64,000 nt of DNA, from IMG/VR virus record IMGVR_UViG_3300031994_000003, positions 130,820-194,819 of that record. One strand, 5' to 3'. The DNA is from a virus. Taxonomy: Duplodnaviria > Heunggongvirae > Uroviricota > Caudoviricetes. A model generated the notes under the pieces. It did no database searches and had not been told where the DNA came from. It worked only from the letters and a program-made list of their open reading frames with translations. The translations under genes and the position numbers were made by a program. This document shows, one piece after another, positions 39,903 to 48,969 of this stretch (the stretch's first letter is position 1; each line of letters starts with the position of its first letter).

Positions 39903-40361
39903 TTATTTTTTCCTTTTTACTTTATCAAATTCATTAAATGTTAATTCGTTCCAAGGCTTTAAAAACCCAGGAAGTCCCTTGTTATAATCTACAACATCTT
40001 CTGAGTCATGTATCAACTCCATATTAATACACTTTTCTTCTATGATATTCAATATTTCTTCTTGTGCTTCATAATCAGCGTATCTTTCTTTTCTCATAAT
40101 GACTATTTCATCACCATTTTTATTTTTAAATTGACTAGTAGTATTAATTGGCAAGTCGATAGAGTCTTCTAAGAAATCTAGCCTTTGGCTTTGTTCTTGA
40201 AGAGTCTTCTTTAATGCAATGTTTTCATCAATTAGAACTTGCTTTTCAACATTACCATTTTTAACTCCTACATTGTAGCCAATTTTCATTGCAACAAATA
40301 TAAGTGAAGATACCAATATTGTAGTTGCAAATGCTATTATCATTACTATTGTAAATTCCAT
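39903..40361 (-). CDS. Membrane-anchored hypothetical protein
   Basis: N-terminal TM followed by a coiled coil. Confidence 0.7.
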   Translation of the reverse strand: MEFTIVMIIAFATTILVSSLIFVAMKIGYNVGVKNGNVEKQVLIDENIALKKTLQEQSQRLDFLEDSIDLPINTTSQFKNKNGDEIVIMRKERYADYEAQEEILNIIEEKCINMELIHDSEDVVDYNKGLPGFLKPWNELTFNEFDKVKRKK

Positions 40362-40363
40362 AT

Positions 40364-40603
40364 CTATTCCTCCTCCTCATCATCATCATCATCAATATCC
40401 TCATTTTCAGGTAGTATAAATAATGCTATTGTATTAACTCCTATAATTACAATTCCATATAATAAAGGAACTAGCCATCCAATAATACTAAGAGCATCTT
40501 GATTTTTTACAAATAACATCAATAATACATAATGAATCATAAATGCTATTGATAATACTACTGAAAATATTGTTACAAATTTATTTTTTTCTTTTGTTGT
40601 CAT
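40364..40603 (-). CDS. Small two-TM protein with an acidic tail
   Basis: Two hydrophobic helices; tail DDDDDEEEE; probable start MTTK after GGAGG. Confidence 0.65.
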   Translation of the reverse strand: MTTKEKNKFVTIFSVVLSIAFMIHYVLLMLFVKNQDALSIIGWLVPLLYGIVIIGVNTIALFILPENEDIDDDDDEEEE

Positions 40604-40604
40604 A

Positions 40605-40895
40605 TTATATACATCCTCCACAACATCCAAATTTTACATTATTATTCATACATTCGATTAATTCTTTTCCAAATGGTTGAATATCTTCTGGTAAGCTATC
40701 CCAGTCTAACTGCCATTTACCTTCATATACTTCACCAGTATCAAAATTGCATCCTCCACCACTTCTCCAAAATCTAGGATAATCACATTTTTTATTATCT
40801 CCAAATGTAAATTGTAATCCATCTAATTTTAGTGTTAAAATACCACGACACCAATTTACACACTCTCCTGTATAATTTATAAATTCTATTTTCAT
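40605..40895 (-). CDS. Hypothetical phage protein (C-terminal GCCGGC)
   Basis: YTG...NWC.G.L, FW.SGG, GCCGGCI; probable start MKIE after GGAGG. Confidence 0.7.
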   Translation of the reverse strand: MKIEFINYTGECVNWCRGILTLKLDGLQFTFGDNKKCDYPRFWRSGGGCNFDTGEVYEGKWQLDWDSLPEDIQPFGKELIECMNNNVKFGCCGGCI

Positions 40896-40928
40896 ATTTA
40901 TACCTCCATATTCCATATAATGATACAT

Positions 40929-41144
40929 CTACCAAGTAGATGTATCATTTTTATTATTTTTATTAAATACAGTTGGATCTGTACTTAAACCATTTAGTCG
41001 TTCGTACATTGTATATCTGTATTTAGTTCTATATATTTTATTATATGCTTCTAGAAATGAGCATTTATGTTTTTTCATATATCGCTCACATTTTCTTCTT
41101 TGCTCTCTATTTGTATAACCTAGAGTATCACTAAAATCTACCAT
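40929..41144 (-). CDS. Small hypothetical protein
   Basis: Abutting ORF in the cassette. Confidence 0.6.
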   Translation of the reverse strand: MVDFSDTLGYTNREQRRKCERYMKKHKCSFLEAYNKIYRTKYRYTMYERLNGLSTDPTVFNKNNKNDTSTW

Positions 41145-41366
41145 TTATTTAATTTTCTCTTCTCTGTATTCAAGAAATGATCTTTTTATAGATAATTCTT
41201 TAAAACAGCATGGACAAGTAATATAAATTCTACCATCTAGGCATTTTTCTACTTTACTACAATCTTCTATTTCGAATTCAAATTCACATTCACATGAATT
41301 GCATACTGTCTTATAAATTATTCTTTTTTTATCAGGATTATTGCCTTCTTTAAGTATATTAATCAT
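41145..41366 (-). CDS. Small Zn-ribbon protein
   Basis: CNSCEC...ITCPCC; AGGAG SD. Confidence 0.7.
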   Translation of the reverse strand: MINILKEGNNPDKKRIIYKTVCNSCECEFEFEIEDCSKVEKCLDGRIYITCPCCFKELSIKRSFLEYREEKIK

Positions 41367-41384
41367 TTATTATTTTTCTCCTTT

Positions 41385-42125
41385 TTATTCATGTTTTTTA
41401 TTCCGAACTAAATCAGTTTGGTTTAATATATTAAATAAGTCCCATGCCGCATTTCCTTCTTCTTCATTAAGAAGCTGTAGATCTACTGCCTCTAACTGGT
41501 CTTTAAAATCATCATAGTCTTCAAAGCCTCTAGATACAAGTTGTTTTAAAATAGTTAATACTGCTGCAATATAAGATTTATCACCAAAATCTCCACGCTC
41601 TTTATATTTAAAACATCTTAATAAACTTGCTAATGGATATGATGTTTCTATTTCTGGTTCTGTGTAAAAAGTTGTTTCTAATATTTTCGCTTTTTCCCAA
41701 TTTTCAGAATAATATACTTCATCAATAATAAACATTCCATTATCAGCTATTAATGATGCTCCAATTTGTATATGAGCAAAATCAAAAGAATCTACTAATT
41801 CTTGCAATGTAAATTTTTTATATTTACAAAATTGAACAACTAATCCATTAATTTTAATAGTTAATGCATTTTTTGTATCTGTTATATATTCACAATTTGA
41901 ATGCTTCATAGAGTATTCTTTTATTGCTAATAAATCAAATTCTGAATCTTCTCCAGCATATAAATCAAAATCATTTGGCTCATTCTTATTTAATGAATTT
42001 CCTGCTATAAATAAAGTAAAATCACTACCTAAAATTTTATATAATTCATTTAAAATAGGTCTTACTCTTTTTAATAATCTATATTTTATAATATCTAATA
42101 ATTCTAATCTTCTCATTATTTTCAC
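41385..42125 (-). CDS. Pol-beta-superfamily nucleotidyltransferase-like protein
   Basis: FIAGNSL...PNDFDLY (hG[S/N]..DxD), T.NA.T, SFDFAHIQ. Confidence 0.6.
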   Translation of the reverse strand: MKIMRRLELLDIIKYRLLKRVRPILNELYKILGSDFTLFIAGNSLNKNEPNDFDLYAGEDSEFDLLAIKEYSMKHSNCEYITDTKNALTIKINGLVVQFCKYKKFTLQELVDSFDFAHIQIGASLIADNGMFIIDEVYYSENWEKAKILETTFYTEPEIETSYPLASLLRCFKYKERGDFGDKSYIAAVLTILKQLVSRGFEDYDDFKDQLEAVDLQLLNEEEGNAAWDLFNILNQTDLVRNKKHE

Positions 42126-42133
42126 CTTATTTT

Positions 42134-42403
42134 CTATAATATATTTATTTCTTCATCTAAATTTGTACATATCTGTTTAAAATCATTTAAACATTGTACT
42201 TCATGTCTTGTAGTTATATCTTCACTATCAAATGTAAAATCTGTAGCATCAGCATCTGCAACAAATAATATATGAATACATATTAAGTTATTTAGTTTAA
42301 AAGGACATGCTGCACAAAAACCTGCTCTAACATTATCTCTTTTCCATTTACAGTATTTTTTGACATCAGCAACTTCACAATCTTTAATTTTTTTCTTCAT
42401 CAT
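42134..42403 (-). CDS. Small Cys-containing hypothetical protein
   Basis: First gene of the early cassette; CAACPF. Confidence 0.65.
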   Translation of the reverse strand: MMKKKIKDCEVADVKKYCKWKRDNVRAGFCAACPFKLNNLICIHILFVADADATDFTFDSEDITTRHEVQCLNDFKQICTNLDEEINIL

Positions 42404-42470
42404 ATTTTACTATTCATCTCCAATTACATACTTATTTTTGGATCATAGAATTTCTTTCTATGTCATTTAT

Positions 42471-42479
42471 ATAATATAT
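42471..42479 (-). promoter_or_regulatory. Early-type ATATATTAT promoter for the 34.3-42.4 kb cassette; 5' hairpin at 42444-42462
   Basis: Motif directly downstream of the MCP terminator; CATAGAA-TTTCT-TTCTATG. Confidence 0.55.
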
Positions 42480-42484
42480 AAAAC

Positions 42485-42517
42485 AAATAAAGAATAGCTA
42501 AATGCTATTCTTTATTT
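42485..42517 (-). terminator. Terminator of the major capsid gene
   Basis: AAATAAAGAATAGC-TAAAT-GCTATTCTTTATTT. Confidence 0.7.
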
Positions 42518-42532
42518 ATATTATTTTTTTAA

Positions 42533-44284
42533 TTAGTCAGAATATTTCTTACCGTGCTTATCAGTATAAACAGCTTCAGCATCAGATGCACCCTTATTTT
42601 CAAATTGATTTCTGAATAAGTCACCTTTGTTGAATTGACCAGTACCATTGTTGTTAGTAATAACAATCATAGCTACAGATGGAGTAAATTCAAACATAGT
42701 ATGTCTCTTAGTCATCATGATGCTTGGTACGAATTGATGGTTAGCTGAACGATATCCAGCACCCTTTTCCATAGTAAATGTATATGGATAGTAAGCTTGA
42801 GTTAATTGTTTTTCACCAGCAGGGATGAAAGTCATAATTAACTTACCTTGCTTAATATTAACTGAGCTGATTACTCTATAAGTATATGCACCTTGGAATA
42901 CACCGATGTTGTAAGTAACTGCAACACCATCAACATTACCAGAAGTACCACCCTTATATTGCCAATCGATATTAGTTAATAATGCAGTATCTTGAGGATT
43001 ACCGCAGATTACAAATGTACCACTTGTGAAGTAAGTTTCTTGCATAATTGCAGTAGCAGCATAGTCAATAACTGGTTTTAATTCTTCTCTCCAAGCTTTT
43101 GGTGAGCCAGCATAACCAGCAGCTGGTGCAACATTGAATTCATAAGTATGATCAGCAGCACTACCATAACCATCACCAGTAGGGAATGCCTTATTAACTG
43201 GTCTATTTAAGTAGCACTTAATCATGAAGTCGATTAATTCTCTATCTAACTTTTGAGCAAAGTAGTTAGTCATTAAATCTGTAACTTCAGCAGTAGCATC
43301 AATGTTATATAATGCTTGAAGATCTTGTAATCTTTCAACTGTTAATGGAGCTTGAATATGCTCGCCAGTTCCGATACGAACGTCTTGACGTTCAACATCG
43401 AATCCGATATCCCAAGATTCTTCATTCCATTCACTTGATTTGTGTGCGTTTAATTTTACTTGAACAGTACCAGCAGCACCCATAACAGCAACATCTGCAT
43501 AAGCACCCTTTAAATTAACCTTAGCGATTACAGTATATTCGTGTTGTCCAACTTTTACAGTTGAAATAACATTTTCAGAAAGACCCATCTTATCTGCAAT
43601 TCTTACTTCGGTAGATGGAACGAAATCACCAACTGCAATGTCGTGTTCAGCATCAGCTTGAGCAGCAATAGTACCTTCAACAATTGAAGCTACTTCAAAA
43701 TTACCATCTAATGGAGTCTTAGCAGCTGCAGCTTTATTAGCTGCTTCAGTATCAGCTAAGAAATAAACTCTAGTGAATCCGCCATTAACTGTTACTTGAG
43801 CAGTCTTAGCAACGTCTAATAAATTTAAGTCTTGAGCAACACCGAAATTAGCAAAAGCACCACGTGGTAATTCAATTCTTTCTTCACCTGCGTCAGTAAT
43901 TCTGTACATATAAGGCTTCATATAAGAAATTGAGAAGATTGGAGAAGTTGCTACAACAGTCTTGATTGCATCCTTCATAGCAACTCTTGGCCATAATTTT
44001 CTAATTACAGGCATAGATAAAGATGTAAGTGGAGCGATACCAGATACAGCTTCTGTTAAAATTGTTTGACCAGCGTTATTCATTAATTGATCCATAACAG
44101 CAGCGTTGTCAGCTGAAACACCTTCGCATAATGCTTCTCTATATGCAGCGAATAATTTAGGATTTGATACGATTTCAGCAAAACCTGCATTTAAAATAGA
44201 ATATCCTTGGTCACCGAAAAATTCTGCGGCTTCACGAAGAACGTCGTCAGAACTCTTATTTAAGTTTAGATTTAAGTTATCCAT
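42533..44284 (-). CDS. Major capsid protein (HK97/T4 gp23-like)
   Basis: ILTE|A propeptide site, LSMPVIRKLWP, T.E.LQDLQALYNIDA..E.TD.M, QKLDREL, PY, PSIMMTKRH; strong codon bias. Confidence 0.85.
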   Translation of the reverse strand: MDNLNLNLNKSSDDVLREAAEFFGDQGYSILNAGFAEIVSNPKLFAAYREALCEGVSADNAAVMDQLMNNAGQTILTEAVSGIAPLTSLSMPVIRKLWPRVAMKDAIKTVVATSPIFSISYMKPYMYRITDAGEERIELPRGAFANFGVAQDLNLLDVAKTAQVTVNGGFTRVYFLADTEAANKAAAAKTPLDGNFEVASIVEGTIAAQADAEHDIAVGDFVPSTEVRIADKMGLSENVISTVKVGQHEYTVIAKVNLKGAYADVAVMGAAGTVQVKLNAHKSSEWNEESWDIGFDVERQDVRIGTGEHIQAPLTVERLQDLQALYNIDATAEVTDLMTNYFAQKLDRELIDFMIKCYLNRPVNKAFPTGDGYGSAADHTYEFNVAPAAGYAGSPKAWREELKPVIDYAATAIMQETYFTSGTFVICGNPQDTALLTNIDWQYKGGTSGNVDGVAVTYNIGVFQGAYTYRVISSVNIKQGKLIMTFIPAGEKQLTQAYYPYTFTMEKGAGYRSANHQFVPSIMMTKRHTMFEFTPSVAMIVITNNNGTGQFNKGDLFRNQFENKGASDAEAVYTDKHGKKYSD

Positions 44285-44314
44285 AATTTAAATATCCCCT
44301 TTATTATTATATTT

Positions 44315-44935
44315 TTATTTTTTATTTTCATTTTTATTTACTTCTTCGCTTGGATCTAAAACATCAAGTTTTAATAAAGCTCGTAAGTATTTAATTATAG
44401 ATAGTAATTCATATCTGAATGTTAAGTAGCTATACAAATTTTTCTCATATGTCTCTTTGTAGAACACTTCCGCAATAAAATCTCTCAATTTATCTTTATA
44501 CCTTTTTAGAGTATCATTTAATTGAGATAGCTTAACAATAGTATCTGTTTCAATAAATTCATTATCAATGTTTTCAAGGCTCTTTTCTAATAACTTAGTA
44601 TATTCAAAAAGTTTTTGAGAAAGATCAAATAGATGAAGAACTTTCTGAGAATTAGCTGAATTCTCATTGCTGTTAGATTCCGGAGTTGTAGGAATCTGGT
44701 CAATTGAATTTTGCATATATCCCATTTCGTCCTCAGGCATTTGACCTTCTGCGCCATCAATGGGATTGCCATATTCATCATACTGCATATTTGGATCAAT
44801 TGGATTTCCATTAGCATCTAATTGCATATTTGGATCTCCTTGAACCTGTGCATTTTGATCATTAGGAATTTGTTGTGTCCCAACCTCTTGATTTTGAGTT
44901 TGGTATCCATTTGGTTGTATTGGCATGAATACCAC
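44315..44935 (-). CDS. Hypothetical head-assembly protein (Q/N-rich N-terminus)
   Basis: Co-transcribed upstream of MCP; duplicated DPNMQ.D..GNPID; late-type promoter at 44972-44985. Confidence 0.65.
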   Translation of the reverse strand: MVFMPIQPNGYQTQNQEVGTQQIPNDQNAQVQGDPNMQLDANGNPIDPNMQYDEYGNPIDGAEGQMPEDEMGYMQNSIDQIPTTPESNSNENSANSQKVLHLFDLSQKLFEYTKLLEKSLENIDNEFIETDTIVKLSQLNDTLKRYKDKLRDFIAEVFYKETYEKNLYSYLTFRYELLSIIKYLRALLKLDVLDPSEEVNKNENKK

Positions 44936-44971
44936 CTCTCTTAAATTAAAATAGATACAAAATACTATTTA

Positions 44972-44985
44972 TATATTGAATTGTT
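44972..44985 (-). promoter_or_regulatory. Late-type promoter AACAATTCAATATA for the capsid operon
   Basis: Fits AACA-N6-TA. Confidence 0.6.
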
Positions 44986-45053
44986 CTATAAAATAAAATA
45001 AAAAAGTGAAAAAAATGCTATTTATTTAAAAATTTTTAATAATAAGTGAAAAA

Positions 45054-45062
45054 ATATATTAT
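45054..45062 (+). promoter_or_regulatory. Early-type motif ATATATTAT
   Basis: Upstream of the 45090-48941 cassette. Confidence 0.5.
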
Positions 45063-45089
45063 TATGTCGAATAAAGAGAGGAGAAAAAA

Positions 45090-46205
45090 ATGAACATTTT
45101 TGATTATTTAGAAAAAAATAAAAACAAAACTTTTAGAAAACTTCATTTTAATGAAGCAGATGCACTAATATTTAGTGCATTAGCATATTTTTCTTATGAG
45201 GCTATTAAAACACCAATAACATATATTGGTTTATTAACAAAGAAGGAAATGGATCAATTAACAATAAATACTACAAAAGCAGTAGAAAATTTTAAGTTGA
45301 TATCTACAATGAAAAATAGCAAACGATATAGAAAAGTATTAATAACATTAAGAGATGAAAAGTTTTCTAAAGAAATTGGTACTCAATTTAGTGCCGTATG
45401 TTTTAGATTTGGATTACGAAAAGTATTCATTGCATATAGAGGAACAGATAACACAATATTAGGATGGAAGGAAAATCTTATGATGGGCTATTTAAAAGAA
45501 GTTCCTGCACAAACATATGCATTAGAATTCTTTAATAAATGTAAGAAAAGATTTAAACATAGTAAATTATATTTAGCTGGACATTCGAAAGGAGGTAACC
45601 TTGCAGAATTCGCAGCATTAAAATCAGAATTAAAAGATTTAAAGAAAATTGAAGTTGTTTATAACTTTGATGGCCCAGGATTTATCGATGAAGATTTATT
45701 AAATAGTGATGTTTATAAATCATTATCAGAAAAAAATAAATTAATCAAAGTTATACCAGAAGATTCAGTTGTTGGTAAAATACTAAACAATGAACCATGT
45801 AGAATGATAAAGTCAAATGATATAAATTTTGAACAACATAATTTATTTAATTGGCAAATTGACGTTGAAACAGGTAAATTTATTAATGGAGAAACACAAT
45901 TATCATTCTCTAAAATGTTTGAGTCTATATTTAATGAGTGGTATTATAAAGTAGATAAAGAAACTGTAAAAGATATTATTGATTGTCTAATAGCAGTATT
46001 AAAGATTGATGTATCTACAAAGCTATCAGACTTGGTGTTATCAATACCAACATTAATTATTAGATTCTTAAAATTAAAAGTTGAAGGAAAAGGCAAAAAG
46101 AAAAAAGTTCGTAAAGAACTAATTAGGTTATATTTATTAATAAATAAATATAATAAAAATGAAAAATCAAAACAAGATATAATATTAAATGATGAAGAAC
46201 AATAG
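45090..46205 (+). CDS. DUF2974/Mbeg1-like alpha/beta hydrolase (lipase class 3-like)
   Basis: FNEAD.LIFS.LAY, QFSA, YRGTDNTILGWKEN, GHSKGGNLA, FDGPG, P..SVVG, H..FNW. Confidence 0.88.
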   Translation: MNIFDYLEKNKNKTFRKLHFNEADALIFSALAYFSYEAIKTPITYIGLLTKKEMDQLTINTTKAVENFKLISTMKNSKRYRKVLITLRDEKFSKEIGTQFSAVCFRFGLRKVFIAYRGTDNTILGWKENLMMGYLKEVPAQTYALEFFNKCKKRFKHSKLYLAGHSKGGNLAEFAALKSELKDLKKIEVVYNFDGPGFIDEDLLNSDVYKSLSEKNKLIKVIPEDSVVGKILNNEPCRMIKSNDINFEQHNLFNWQIDVETGKFINGETQLSFSKMFESIFNEWYYKVDKETVKDIIDCLIAVLKIDVSTKLSDLVLSIPTLIIRFLKLKVEGKGKKKKVRKELIRLYLLINKYNKNEKSKQDIILNDEEQ

Positions 46206-46509
46206 GAGGGATATTAACATGGGTATTTATTCTAATATTTTGAATGATATGCTAAATGCTTTTAAATTACCAAATACTGTTGATGAAATGAAAGAATATA
46301 TTAAAAAAAATGACACAGATCTATATAAATTCATATTATTATCAGGAGAAATTGGTGGATTAACAAATTTATTAATTGAAAAAGGATTAATAACTAAAGA
46401 AGAATATAATAAGCATAAAGAAACTTTTACAGAAATATTGTTTAATAGTGTTGCTGAAAGTCAATTAGAAGAATTAAAGAAAGATGATAATGATAATGAA
46501 CAAAAATGA
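46189..46509 (+). CDS. Hypothetical protein (probable start ATG 46219)
   Basis: AGGAGG SD. Confidence 0.65.
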   Translation: MMKNNRRDINMGIYSNILNDMLNAFKLPNTVDEMKEYIKKNDTDLYKFILLSGEIGGLTNLLIEKGLITKEEYNKHKETFTEILFNSVAESQLEELKKDDNDNEQK

Positions 46510-47098
46510 AAATATATCTGATTTAGTATTTAATTTAAAACTTAAAAATGAAAAAAACATGACCTTAGATTTAGTAACAATAAATTCATTAAATGGTAGT
46601 AAATTATGTTCAATAGTAAAAGATCATAATAATGATAACTATGGATTTTTTAAGCCAGCACAATCAACAACAATAATTGAACAATTTTTTGATTTGATTA
46701 GTAATATTGATGATTTTATATCATCTAATTTAGAAATATCTAAATGTGCTATACTTTTAATATATTTAAATAATAAAAATAATAATTTAATACGTGAATA
46801 TGTACCAACTATGGTGTATATTGATAGATTTTTTAATACTACAATTTCAAATTTAAATGATACTGTTGAGTATTTGATAACTGATAATTCACAGGAATAT
46901 AATACTGCCGTATTGATAGGATATTTAATTCCAGAATATAAATATATAATCTGTATGAAACCAACATTATGTGGTAATAAAAATCCAGAAATTATATTAT
47001 ATGATTATGATGATGAGTATAATATAAAAATACATGAAAATAAAAATAATGATGAAATTGAGTCATATATATCAATGTTATCATTAGTAACAGAATAA
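46484..47098 (+). CDS. Hypothetical protein
   Basis: Coupled ORF. Confidence 0.65.
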   Translation: MIMIMNKNENISDLVFNLKLKNEKNMTLDLVTINSLNGSKLCSIVKDHNNDNYGFFKPAQSTTIIEQFFDLISNIDDFISSNLEISKCAILLIYLNNKNNNLIREYVPTMVYIDRFFNTTISNLNDTVEYLITDNSQEYNTAVLIGYLIPEYKYIICMKPTLCGNKNPEIILYDYDDEYNIKIHENKNNDEIESYISMLSLVTE

Positions 47099-47110
47099 GG
47101 AGGGAATAAT

Positions 47111-47998
47111 ATGTACATATTTCAAAATGAATCAGATATAATGCATCAGAATTCAGATGATTATGTAATAAATTTTACTTTAAATGCCTTTCATTATGTG
47201 CCAAAAATAAATACTGAAGATTTGGCATTTATTAAAGGCAACAATTTCTATATACCAACATATTATAATTCTTATAGACAATCGCTTGTAACAACAAATA
47301 AGGCTAGTAAGTTACATTTATTAATATCATCATTAATTGCATTATATGATAATGAACAAGATAGATTTTATTTAAATGAAAATAAATCAAAAAATAAAAT
47401 AGATATTAATCATTTAAATAATTTATTAACAATGTCGTCAGATTATGATGATAAATGTATAGAATATTATTACTCAAAAATTAAAAAAGTATTTAAAGAT
47501 TATACTGGTCTAGATATTGTATTAGCAGAAAATTTTATTGAGGATACAAAGATATATTGTGTTCCAACTATTATGGCTGGAATAATAAAATTTTCTAATA
47601 CATATTATGGCTTTTATAATTGTATAAAAGATATAATATTTAGTGATGGAATACAATTTTGCTTAGATGATTATCATGGAATAGATCCAATATCTAATGG
47701 TGCAATTTTACATGCTATTAGTAAAGATTCTGATTTATATAGAATTACTGATAATGATAATAATTATGAGGTAAGTTATAATGGAACTTATTTAAACATT
47801 TATAATGAATTACAACATATAATTGAAAAAATTGATAATAATACTAGTTATAATTTAAAAAATATTAATGCTCATGATCTTAATACATATATATCGGTTA
47901 TAGGAATTAAAGGATTAATGAACTGTTATGAAGCATGGGTACGTTTAAAAGAAAGGAATTATAAAATATATGAACACATCAATATCCGTTGCAAGTAG
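47111..47998 (+). CDS. Hypothetical protein
   Basis: AAGGAGG SD. Confidence 0.7.
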   Translation: MYIFQNESDIMHQNSDDYVINFTLNAFHYVPKINTEDLAFIKGNNFYIPTYYNSYRQSLVTTNKASKLHLLISSLIALYDNEQDRFYLNENKSKNKIDINHLNNLLTMSSDYDDKCIEYYYSKIKKVFKDYTGLDIVLAENFIEDTKIYCVPTIMAGIIKFSNTYYGFYNCIKDIIFSDGIQFCLDDYHGIDPISNGAILHAISKDSDLYRITDNDNNYEVSYNGTYLNIYNELQHIIEKIDNNTSYNLKNINAHDLNTYISVIGIKGLMNCYEAWVRLKERNYKIYEHINIRCK

Positions 47999-48941
47999 AT
48001 CATGTACAAATAGTCCATATAAAGATCAGCCTATATTATTAAATACTATTTTATTCTTCATAACTGCATCATTATATGATAATTATAATTGTATAAAAGA
48101 TATGATTAAAGATGATGTTAAATCTATAAATAAAAAGAAGGCATGCATAACAAACAATGATAATGTAACTTTTAATTCATATAAACGTGACGATTTAACA
48201 TCATATAATGTATCTGGTTCATTTTTAGATTTCTTAATAGATTTATTAGATACTGATTATAATGCAAATGATATAAGAGACATGATATTTTATTCACAAG
48301 AATATATTTATCGTGATATAATGGCAGATCTAAATAATCTTTATTTATTTGATAAATTAGTGTATTATAAGATATTTTTAAAATGTGAAGACAAAGATAT
48401 TGATCAGATGTGGGGTTCATGTTTAATGTCAATGACTAATCTTGAATGTGACAATAGTGATTTAGTAAATACGTTAAATATTTTATCTGACAGTGAAGTA
48501 TATGATGCGATATTAGATATTTATAATAAATATGGCCCATTTATATCAGCTATTAATGAACTTAATAACCGTAACTCATCATATCTTGAACTATCACATT
48601 CTAGTGTTGATCTACTTATGCTTTTTAGAAGAATAGACGTAAATAAATATAGGACAACTACTGAATCAAATAAAATATTTATTAAAGCAGCATTTTCATA
48701 TATAATATTAATGCTTAGTAAATATAATATCTACTCAAATAATAATGATACATTTATTAAAAGTATTGAGTTAGCAGAGGAATATATATTTACAAATACA
48801 AATATGATTAAATATGAAGATAAAAAAGATAATCCAAATTATGAACTATTTGAGATTGTAAAAGATGCAATAATTAATAAGAAAAAAATTGATTTCGATA
48901 TGAAATTGGAATCAATTTTACCAATAAATAAAATATATTAA
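47970..48941 (+). CDS. Hypothetical protein
   Basis: AAGGA SD; overlaps the upstream gene end. Confidence 0.7.
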   Translation: MNTSISVASRSCTNSPYKDQPILLNTILFFITASLYDNYNCIKDMIKDDVKSINKKKACITNNDNVTFNSYKRDDLTSYNVSGSFLDFLIDLLDTDYNANDIRDMIFYSQEYIYRDIMADLNNLYLFDKLVYYKIFLKCEDKDIDQMWGSCLMSMTNLECDNSDLVNTLNILSDSEVYDAILDIYNKYGPFISAINELNNRNSSYLELSHSSVDLLMLFRRIDVNKYRTTTESNKIFIKAAFSYIILMLSKYNIYSNNNDTFIKSIELAEEYIFTNTNMIKYEDKKDNPNYELFEIVKDAIINKKKIDFDMKLESILPINKIY

Positions 48942-48969
48942 AAGGAATATCATATGATATTCCTTTTTT
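48941..48969. terminator. Bidirectional terminator
   Basis: AAAGGAATATC-ATAT-GATATTCCTTT between convergent genes. Confidence 0.75.
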
